Positions 38,216 through 49,854 of a stretch of 64,000 nucleotides of DNA are shown here, one piece after another. Location of the stretch: NCBI GenBank assembly GCA_964106915.2, contig OZ066916.1, one strand, 5' to 3'. The position numbers and the translations under genes were made by a program. The notes beneath the pieces are model-generated. The model saw only the letters and a list, made by a program, of their open reading frames with translations, was not told the DNA's origin and ran no database searches. Source of the stretch: Podarcis gaigeae. Lineage: Eukaryota. Within the stretch, counting starts at the first letter, position 1. Each line of letters begins with the position of its first letter.

Positions 38216-41200
38216 CTGCCCATGGAAACATCCATTTAGCAGAGTTCTTCTTCATGCAACTATAGATCCAACCCAAGATATTTATAAATGCTAGTATTAA
38301 TTTATACTGGTATATAAAAGCCTGGAGTGGTCATTTCACAGAATCACAGAATCATAGTTGGAAGGGACCCGAAGGGTCTTCTAGTCCAACCCTCTCCAAT
38401 GCAGGAATGTCAGCTAAAGCACCCATGGCTGATGGCCAGCCAACCTGTGCTTAAAAACCTCCAAGGAAGGAAAGTCCACAACCTCCTGAGAGAGTCTGTT
38501 GCATCGGCAAGTTCTTCCTGATGTTTAGTCAGAATCTCCTTTCTTGTAAGTTGAATACTCCATTGATTCGGGTCCTACCCTCCGGAGCAGGAGAAAACAA
38601 GCTTGCTCAGTCTCCTCTTCTCGAGGCTAAAAACATACCCAATTCCATCAGCTGTTTCTCAAAATGCTTGGTTTCAGACCATTGATTTCCTACCACTGGT
38701 TGCATTGCTGGGTCTTAGCATTGTGTCTCTTGTTCACCCTCTAACAGTTATGCAAGAGCATGATAGAAAAACAGTTCAGGAAACTGGCTTTGATAGGGAA
38801 TGGAATGGAATGGAAGTGCATTGCCCCTCTCTTCCTGTCCCAGAGTTCTTGAATTGGTGGGGAAATCACCCGTGGGAATGCCCTGCTCATACAGGAATAC
38901 TGCACAAGGCCTGCATTCCTGATGTTGGACTTGGGGGACTCTTGTATCGTTTATGTAAAAATATGACTTGAAAACACATATGTATATGTTTGTTCTTGAC
39001 AGGTTAGATTTTTCAAGTCAACAAAATCTTGCTCAGTGGATAAGAACAGTATCTCAGCAAATCAAAGCATTGTGTATGCTTCGAGATCAGGAAAGTGCTA
39101 GTAAGTGAATTCTTCTTACATTATCACACTTCTCAGGAAAAGGTGGTGAAAAATAGTGTGTTTGCTGTTCAGGTTCAAGGGATTTTTCCTTTTGGGTATC
39201 TAATTGGCAATGAGACTGTTCTGATGGTCTATCTGTTGGCAAGAGTGCTTTTTTTCTACAGTTTGTAGAGTGCAGACATCATGAACAATAGTATTAACAT
39301 GCCAGTAAAGTAATGTATCATTTGCTTACCTTTCAGATAAACCCTCTTGTAGTAGCTCAGAAAAAATGGATGAACTGCAACTACCTGAAGGGTTTAGACC
39401 AGAGTTCCAACCAAAGTATGTATCTGTTTATTAATAATGAACTTCAAATTGTCCTGCTACCAATTTAAATACAGTTTGTTCAGCACTAGCAGGCCAGGGG
39501 CATGTAAGAACTGTTTTATAAGCTACAAGACAAAATATACACATTTTGGCATTTTTAATTATAAAATGCATGTGGTGTTCATAACATTTACAGAAGCCAA
39601 ATGGATATGATGTGAGTTTCTTGACTTGTCTTTTATTTTAGGATGAGCAACTGTGGTTGAAAAAAAAGCAAAACATCCAGACACTGGGTGATATCCAGTG
39701 TTAGTTATACTCAGAGTAGATTATTTTATTTTCAGTGGGTATATTCTGTGTATGACTGACATGGGATATCACCCAATGTTGTGTGTATGCAGAAGGAGAC
39801 TCAGTTCAAAATCCTGATACTTAAATTTGCAATAAATCTAAATATTGTTTTAAGTTCAGGCCAAAAATAGTGTGCACTGGAGAGTGATAAAAGCACTCTG
39901 GAATACTTTGCAAAGGTTTTCAGTTGGTTGGAAACCTAGGTCCAACAACTGAGGATAAGTTATCATTAAGGATGTTTAGTTATACTTTACATAAAGCTAA
40001 CAACAACAACAAAAATTAGCAAAAAGAACATAGCCAAGATTACTCCAGATTATAAATTAATTGTCCTCATCCCTTTCGGCACAACAGTATCACCAAATCA
40101 ATTGACTTTTGCAGTATTTATTCACAGAAGTGAATACAGTGATCAAAAGGTGTTCTGAAAAATGCGGTTTAAAACCTTCCTAAACTATGAGATCCAAATA
40201 AACAAGGATGACAGATAATGTAAAGGGCACATTAGCTGTGACAGACTCTGTGTCTAGGGCATGCTTGGTCTTTTAGACTAGGAATGTATTCCAGCCAATG
40301 TGTAGCTTCTCAAAATCATGCTTTAAATCTGTAATTAATAGTATGTGTTCTTCACATATTTAAGGAATCCGTATTCTGAAAGCATTAAGGAAATGCTGAA
40401 AACATTTGGCACTGCAACATACAAAGTGGGCCTGAAGGTTCACCCCAATGAAGACGATCTACGTGTACCTATAATGTGCTGGGGCAGTTGTGCATATACA
40501 ATACAAACAATAGGTAACAAATTTACCATTCGTTAAAATGTCGGAGCTCAGGGGAGCAAGATCCATTTAGGTGTTCTGCTACTCTCACTTAACTTATTAT
40601 TTTTGCCCTCCACAGAACGGATTTTAGCAGATGAAGAGAAACCATTATTTGGACACTTATCTTGCAGACAGGTACGATGTGCCGACCAGCTAAGGCTAAA
40701 GCACTGACGGATAAGTAGAGATAGTGAAGTGATAACTTTAACTTATTTTGGGTCCCCTGTAGTTTTAGAAAAATAGCCATCTATTACAAAATAACCACCT
40801 ATTATAGATTATTAATATGTGTCACCTCCACAAGTTCAGCAAAGCAAGGAATTTTCCAAAGGGCTTAATTTTCATTAAACAGCGTGAAGGAATGAGGTTT
40901 GCTTTTGTCTGCTCTTTTGTTTGCCGTACTTGCTTGCAACTGTGGTTATGTCCTCTTCCAGGATGACTGCCTTACTTCGTTGACTAGATTTGCAGCTGCA
41001 CACTGGGCAGTTTCTTCGCTCTCGGCAGTACAGGGTCACTTTGGCAGGCTTTTATCATGTAAGTTCAAGTTCACGATAATTCTTCTCAATTTCAGAATTA
41101 TGACAGAGCAACCAAACTTGAAGAAAAGCTTGTGTGTCCTTAAATAACATTTTGGATCCATAGTTAAGAAATTCTACTCAATATTGATCCAGAGTAGATT

Positions 41201-44200
41201 CCAGTGTATAGTTAGCAGAGTAAAAACTTAAACTCATTGCAAGAGTCCCAAAAAGTAGACCAGAGGCAATTATATTTCATCCAGCAGAGCTTTACTGCTA
41301 CTGAAGGCAAATGAGCTTAATGGTCACAAATCCAATACATTGAGGATTGGCACTGTCCATAAGAAATCCAGTTGCAGCAGACTTAACTTAAACTTACAAT
41401 AACTTATAATAAGTGTAAAGCTTAACGCTATATACAGAACACCACACCAGAAGGGAGAAAGAGAAAGGGAAGCCCAGGCTCCTTCTGGCCTTACTTTATA
41501 AAAGTGAATTCTGCTTACATTATCACACTTCTCAGCATGAGCCTTGACAGAAGAGATAACAAAACCAGTTTAAGCCATCTGTACTCAGTTTCTCTGAAGG
41601 AATAACCCAAACGTCATGAACCTTCTGTTTTTTCTTTCACACAGAGAAGCTTCCAGAACCCTCTTGAATTAATTAGAATAGGAAAGATCTCTACACATCA
41701 GATCAATACTTTCTGCACTAAGAAATGCAAACTGACAAGTTAGGCTTCCCCTCAGTCAGCATGTTGCTGATTTAAATTGCATCAGACCATTAGTCCACCT
41801 AGCCAAGGACAGTGTCTAACCACCTGGCTGATAGTCTTCCAAGTGGATGTGCTGTGTCTTCCTGAGACAAAGCATTATTGTCCATAGCTGAGTGTTTCTT
41901 CATGCTAACTGTGGTCCATATTTTGAAAGTTTCATCCACCGAAGGTAATACTGGGGACTCGAGTAATAGCCATTGATTTCTGAGTGTGACTTAGGTTATT
42001 ATCACCCACTAAATCTACTTTAGACTCAGCAATACTACTCTGAAGCTCAGGTGCCATTAAATAGGTTAGAAAACAGTCTACAGTTTCAGAAATTAAATGT
42101 AGAATAATAAAATTCTGACATCAGTAACCATTTTGTATTTTAAATATCCAGCGCTGGTGCCTAATGAAAAAAGTGGGAATCTTGCTTGCATTCTTGATAT
42201 CGATATGTTTCATTTATTGGTAAGTACCTTTATAAATTCTGACAGTGCTGCAATGCCATATGCCATATATCATTAGCTTAACTTTTGGAAAGAAAGTCCG
42301 GCGCACTGGAAATAATGTCTAGCAAAATATTTTTATGAAATATAGCAGAAAAGAAAGGTTGCAGGTCAGAGTCCCACAACAGGAAGTAAATACTTGATGT
42401 ATGAGTGACTTTTCCTTTGGTTTACTGAAGTAGTGGGTCAGTAGTTAACATTCAAGGTCAGCCCTGTTTGTTGCTTTATGTAAGGATGCTGAAAAGATGG
42501 CTTTGCGGGATTGGGTTAAGCAGACGTAAATGGGGAATGGATGAGAGAATTCAATCGTTCTGTCTCTTATAGATTTTCCCCTTGTCTACAGGTGTGCTTG
42601 GTGCTCTCTTTCCCTGCTGTACACAGCCAGGATTTTTCAGGAGTTAGTCTTGGTACTGGAGATATTCATATCTTCCACCTTGTTACTATGGCACATATTG
42701 TACAAATAATGCTTACCTCATCCACAGGTAATGTGTTCTGTTTAAAGTTATGCTGATTTGTGCATGAAGGGAAACTAGAGAAGGGAAGAGAAATAATTAT
42801 GGCTTCCTGGGCAAAATAATGGTTAACCGTGATGCAGGTGTATATTGTGATAGTTGCAGTTATGCTTTATGAAACGAAAAGCATTGCTCCAGTGCAACTT
42901 TTTGTTAATGCTGCTATGTTCTTGGTATATAGATTTAGCAAGTTTTCAAATTGCACAAGGTTCTCTGGTGAAGCATCCACAACACTACAATTAGGTTTAG
43001 ACTTATTTGTTCACTTTTCAGAAGAAAATGGCATGGACCAAGAAAATCCTACTGGTGAAGAAGAAGCAGTTCTTGCTTTGCATAAATGTCTTGGCCGGTA
43101 TGCAGGAAGGTAAAATCATAATTTTTGGTGCAGCCTTTCCAGACATTGTTCTACTTCACTTGCCTTCTCCAAGCTTAATATATGTGGAAGCTCATTTCTT
43201 ACTCTCCAGAGGTGGAGCTACATGGAGAAAACTTTCTGCTGACTATTTCAGATAAGCTCTGATGAGCAGGCAGACTTTCAGGTGTTCTGGTCTTTCAGGT
43301 GTTCTGGTCTTTCAGGTGTTCTGGTTTAGAGCTTGAAAGAACCCAATGTGGGGCTCAAACCCACAACCCAGAGATTAAGAGTCTCATGTTCTACCAAATG
43401 AGCTCAGGGCTAGCTCAATGACATGATACTGCTTTACATGTATAATGTAGATGGGGCCTTAGTTACTGTGGGGTGATTAAAGATGTGGGGTTGGCCCTGG
43501 GACTGAATAGTGTTTTGACTTCGTATCTACTTTAAAAAACAATGAAGTCAGAAGATTTGGGGTGGAATCCAATTGGTGCCCTTGCACTCTTTTCACCCAG
43601 TGAAAGCTTTCACTAATTGAAAATAAAGGAATATTATTATTATATTGCTGATTTTCCTGTATCACCTCGACTCCACAGCACCCCTAAAACAGCTCTACAG
43701 AATTTGGAGACATTCCAGAACAGGGCCCTGCTATCCCATTAGCAAAGGCATCCGCTGGATAAATAAATAGTCATTCTGTGAGCACAAGGGCACCAGTTGG
43801 ATCACACCCTTTATTTCCCTGCCTGGGCACTTAATTGATGAAATGCAAAATCAATTAAATGTTTGTGGCATTTTGTGTAACTTTTAAGATTGATTTCACA
43901 AAAATTCTATATCTGTTTTTATTCTTAGTGCCTTCAAAGAAATGTCCTCTGGATGGCATCTATGGAGAAGTATAAAAGCTGGGATCATGCCTTTTCTGAG
44001 GTGCTCTGCTATGTTCTTCCACTATTTAAATGGTGTTCCAGTACCACCAGAATTGCAAGGTATAAAATCAGTTAGCCACTTTGAAGCAATAATGTGAATG
44101 GCTGGTGAAGTGTAATTTTAAACACTAAAGAATGAATTGCAGCTTTGTATATTCAATATTATAACTAATTTGTCTTGAAAATGGAAGTGAGGTGTAATGT

Positions 44201-47200
44201 GATTTTATGGAAAGTGCAGTAGTGGATAATTAAATTTTGGATAGCTTACACTTGTGAACAAAATATGCATTAAATAAGGAACAAAAATGAAAAACAATAA
44301 CCTTGCAGAATTACCATACCAGGTGTAAAGAGCTAAATATAAACTACAGTGGCCCAAATCCAGAGAACATTAATTGTGCTTAAGTGCCATTAAAATAAGT
44401 AGCTTGTCATGACTAATTTTATGTCCCATTAATTTCAAGGGGACTTCAGTTGGGCTTTGCATGTGGGCCTATTAGTTTTCCCTTGGTTGTTGCTATATTT
44501 CGCTAATTCAGTTAATCTCATTGGAAATATGGGTTCTTTTAACTGCACATCTTACAATGTGATACATATCCTCTACCAACAATCCCCTTGCACATTCTAC
44601 ATAGGACAGACAGGTCAGCTTCTGCACAGAGACTCTATGCAAACCATTGGAGGGAATTTTCAACATCACAAAATAGTCTGTAACCAACCTTAAGGTGATC
44701 ATGCTGGAAAAGGGGAACTTCAGAAGGAAACTGCAATATGAAACCGCTGAATCACAACAATGTATATACCTGTATATACCTGTAACTCAGGGTGTCATTT
44801 AATGCATCTCTTTGAGCCCCCCCCCCAGCAGTATATAAATTTTATGAAATAAATAAATAAAAGCATCTAGCGAAGCAAACTGTAGTCCATGAAAGCTTAT
44901 TCCCTCTTAAATGTTAGTCTATTGCAGCACAAAACATAACTATTTTTGTGGAACCGTAAAGACTGCAAAATGGCTACTTCTCTGGAAATTATACACATGC
45001 GTACATGTTTGTTTGGGGAGTTCCTTACAGATGATTGATTCATCTAACCATCATCATAATATATCTTTCTTTTTTCTCTCTCCCGTTGCAGTCAGTGGGG
45101 CAAACCAGTTTGAACATTTATGTAGCTATCTCTCTTTGCCAAACAACCTCGTTTGCCTTTTTCAAGAAAACAGCAAAATTACAGATACGCTGGTTGAAAG
45201 GTAGGAACGATATTTATTATTTCAATTTAAATAACTATACAGTGGAAAAACACTTTTTTTTTTTGGTAGAGTGTTTATATCAGATGACAGAGAGAACTAG
45301 CAGTGTGTGCATTTAGAGACAACCTGATAGTTAAACATTATAAATCACTGACACATGCTTATTTAAAATAGTGCAGGGCAGCAATTGCATCCATGTAGTA
45401 CACATTTGCATTGTTCTGTGCTGTTACAGGCAAATGTGAGTATTTTGCATCACACAGCTATAAGGATTGGTACTACCTCATTGCATTGGAGTATAGTTCC
45501 CAAATGCAAGATCCTGGAGTGGAGATAGCTGTCATTCTAATGGTGGCATACAGCTGTTGCAAGATTTTGTGATGGGATTGCAATAGACAGCCTATACCAC
45601 AGTAGATCTCCTCCCCACCCCCAAAAAATATGTGAAATCTGATTCTGCTGTTGGAATGCTGAAAGCTGTTTTTGAGAAATATCACAGCATTAAGAGTATT
45701 TAAATTACAACGGGTTTGATCCAGAGATGCTCTTTCGCAAATGGAAATTCTGGATGCAGGATCTGGAATGATGTACTTCTCAGTTGGCTCCTACAAGAAT
45801 GAACCCTAACCTTCCCCTCCCCCCCCTTTCCATTAACAGCTGGTGTAATAATGATGAAGTAAAAAGATACCTGCAAGGTCAGAGACAAGCCATAAGGTAA
45901 GTAAGAGAAAACCAGCAGGAGGGAAAGATTCAGGGGTGTGTAAGACATGCTGCTCACCCCTGTTTTATCTGTGAATGGGGCAGACTTGCAAGCGGTGGCT
46001 CTGCCACATCCCTTTTGGCCTTTAGTTGGAGTTTGTTCATAGGCTGTGTGGGTACCTCATCCTCCCGCTACCCTGCTTCTTACATTGTAGGTCCAGTTAG
46101 CCTAATTAGCTGTTTTCTTAAAAAGGAGTGTATAAATCCATGATGGAGTTTCTAGTGATAGAGTAAGGGGATTGCATACAGCGATGCTGTCCTTGAAAGA
46201 AGCCTACCAATGTGGGAACATGGTTGAATGAGCAGACAAGTATCAATCCCATTGCGGCTTCTCTCTTCCTAAGAGTTACCATACCTTCCTATTGCTCTTT
46301 TCTACTGCTTACCTCTCCTCAGCGTGCATGCCTCTGTTTGCTATCTCATTTACATCTTTCCAGTGTTTTTGTTGCCTGTCCTGATGCAGGTAATGACAGG
46401 TTGAAATTGAAGCCCGGTTGAAATAAGGCCAGGTCATTCATTTCTGCCAAGCATGTTTGAATGTGGGTAGCCACCACCTTCTCAAGCCCCTTGCCCAGGA
46501 AGGAGATATTTGTGACTGGGCAGTAGTTGTCACATACCCTTGGGTCTAGGGAAGGTAGTCTTCAGGCGTAGCTGCATCACTGCCTCCTTCAGAGCAGCAG
46601 GAACTGACCCCTCCCACAAAAAGGCAAGGGTCACCCAAGCTGATCTCACTAAGCTTGTAGTTAAAGGTCTTTCAATAATAAAAAAATGTCAATACTACAT
46701 TATAGCTTAACAGTGAATCCATATGTACAGTAATAGATCAAACTGTTTACATACTGAAGCCAAGTTTGAAATGTATTAATGTGTATTATTGGTTCGTTTC
46801 ATTTTAGCTACCCGCGAGAATCTAACAAATTAATAGACCTTCCCGATGATTACAGTAGCCTCATCAATCAAGCTTCTAACTTTTCGTAAGTCTTATGCAA
46901 TTCCTTATGACCACCTTGATTTTTATTGAAATAATTCTGAAGCTCAGCGACAGGGTATATAACCTTTGCAGTCTTTGGCATCTTCCGTTGAAGGGGGTCT
47001 TAAAGTTTTGAAAAAGTTGAAGGTTTTATTAAAACTTTCATGAATGCTTTGTTCAGCTCCTCACTTTCTGTATCCTTAAAAATACTAAACACATTTTACA
47101 AGTTTTTTAAACTTTCAAAATATAGGCTTGGGCCTCAATGTGCTCTCCATGGGCAAAAGGGGATTTCTCGATTTGGTGTGAAAGAGGTATCAAATATTGC

Positions 47201-49823
47201 TTTATCTTCTGCTCTTGCTTATGTGAGGTGCATTGTTGCTTAGCTCCTCCCCTCTCCATGAGCAAAAAGACATTTCGGCTCACAAAAGGCATCTCCCTGT
47301 GCCCCAACTCCAGTCTCTTCCCATTCTCCCTCCCTGCTGCATCCTGTCCTGTTTCAGAGGCTCTTCCATACTCAAGGATCAGCTTTTGGGAGGGAGGGGA
47401 AAGTGATGACAACAGGAAGCAGCTAGGAGAAGGGAGTTAGAAAATCTCATTGCCTGAGTGAAGTTCCACTCACCCTTCTTTGGATCCAAGACATGAACTA
47501 AATGGAGGATATTATAATAGTCACAGTGAAACTTACCCAAGTAGATAAGATAGCGCGATATTAAATATAAATGTCACATCTTTTTGTTTCTTACAAAGGT
47601 GTCCGAAGTCAGGTGGTGATAAAAGTAGAGCACCAACATTGTGCCTTGTATGTGGGACCATGTTGTGTTCTCAGAGCTACTGTTGTCAAACAGAGTTGGA
47701 AGGAGAAGACGTAGGAGCCTGTACTGCACATACGTTTATCTGCGGCTCTGGAGTAGGAATTTTTCTCAGGTAAGAGGGTGGTTGCACTTGAATAGTTCTA
47801 ATGGACAGTCACACCTCTCCCACAGCGAGAGGAGACTTACGTTGTAGAATTTGTTTTTAATAGTAGTAAGATAATATATTAAATATATCCCACCCATCTG
47901 CCTGGGTTTCCCCAGCCACTCTGGGTGGCTCCCAACAGAGTATTATAATTAATAATAATAAAAGCAATGAAATATCAAACATAAAAAACCTCCCTAAACA
48001 GGCCTGCCTTCAGATGTCTTCTAAAAGTCAGATAGTTGTTTATTTCCTTGACATCTGGTGGGAGGGCGTTCCACAGGGCGGGCACCACTGCTGAGAAGGC
48101 CCTCTGCCTGGTTCCCTGTAACTTGGCTTCTCACAGTGAGGGAACCACGAGAAGGCCCCCGGCACTGGACCTCAGTGTCCGGGCAGAACGATGGGGGTGG
48201 AGACGCTCCTTCTGGTATACTTGGCCGAGGCTATTTAGGGCTTTAAAGCTCAGCACCAACACTTTGAATTGTGCTCGGAAACGTACTGGGAGCCAATATA
48301 GGTCTTTCAGGACCGGTGTAGTAGTAGTAATAATTTATTTGTATCCCACCCTATCTGGCCGAGGCTGGGCTCAGAGTGGATAACATCATAAAAACAACAC
48401 AATATGCATAAAAACAGACATCAGTTAATTAAAATACATCTTAAAATTAATTCAGACAAGTTAAAATCTGGGCAGGTGGCAATTATCAGGTTGGAATTGA
48501 GAGAGGTTGATACTTGCCAGGGCCAACTGTTTCCACTGATCATACAAGGACCTCCTTCAGGCTTGTTTTATACAAAGGAAAGTAAATCAAACTGTATCCT
48601 GCCCAAAGGCCTGGCGGAACAGCTCCGTCTTGCAGGCCCTGCGGAAAGATGTCAAATCCCGCAGGGCCCTGGTCTCTTGTGGGAAAGCGTTCCACCAGGC
48701 TGGGGCCACAGCCGAAAAAGGCCCTGGCTCTAGTCAAAGCCAGTCTAATTTCCCTGGGGCCCGGGATCTTCAAGGTGTTGTTAGCATTTGTTATGTGGTC
48801 TTGGCGACCGCTCCCAATCACCAGTCTAGCTGCCACAATCTGGATTAGTTGCAGTTTCTGTGTCACCTTCAAAGGTAGCCCCATGTAGAGCGCATTGCAG
48901 TAGTCCATGCGGGAGATAACCAGAGCATGCACCACTCTGGTGAGACAGTGCGCAGGCACTTATGGTCCCAGCTGGTGTACCAGTTGGAGCTGGTAGGCAG
49001 CTGCCCTGGACACAGAATTGACCTGCGCATTCACTCTGCACTCATCTCACGCAGCTGCTCATTGAGGAGGCACAGGCTGTGGTTCTGTGAAAATAGCCTC
49101 ATTTCTTCTGCTTGTGATGAACTTTAACCTCTAATTGCTGGTGGGATTATTGATTTAAGAGACATATGGAGTTACATTAACCAGGACATCATCTTTTGTG
49201 TGATCTTTTCAGAGTCCGGGAGTGTCAAGTGCTATTCTTAGCTGGAAAAACAAAGGGCTGCTTCTATGCTCCTCCTTACCTTGATGACTATGGAGAAACG
49301 GATCAGGGACTCAGGTAGCTTTCCGTATTCTGTGTTGTATTTGTTTTGCTTGTTTCCAAAAACCAAAACAAACAAACTATGTTGCCAGAACTAAGGGAAA
49401 ACACCGTGATGGTGAACTGCATGAAACCATCAATAGAGTTATATTAATTTTCAAAGTTAATCGCAGTTCTGTGAAATAGACCCATTTCACAAAAATGGAC
49501 TTCCATGAGGTCATTTAAATTGTTACTAGTTAATAAGGATGGCCACTGTTGCCGTGGCTTCTAGATGTCAGGTGCATATGGAAATAGAATTTCTAGAGTT
49601 GAATCCGGTAGCGTGAAGTCACTGCAAGTTTTGAACAAAAAGTTAAGCATCCAGTCAGTGAATCCTTTTGCAGGATGCCCTTCAAACTGAAGTTTGAGGG
49701 CACTGCTTAATGTGCAGGTGTTGTTAATATCATGTGGGAGCATCATGGAAACTCTACGCTGGCTAAACTCTACAGCAAGGGTAGCCAACATGGTGCCCTC
49801 CAGATCTTCTTCTTCTTCTTCTT

Positions 49824-49854
<31 letters not shown>

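Noticed and set aside
43341-43410. Functional tRNA-Lys gene
   Set aside because: Acceptor stem and T-loop/B-box are mutated (gtttgag); treated as a pseudogene or SINE head.
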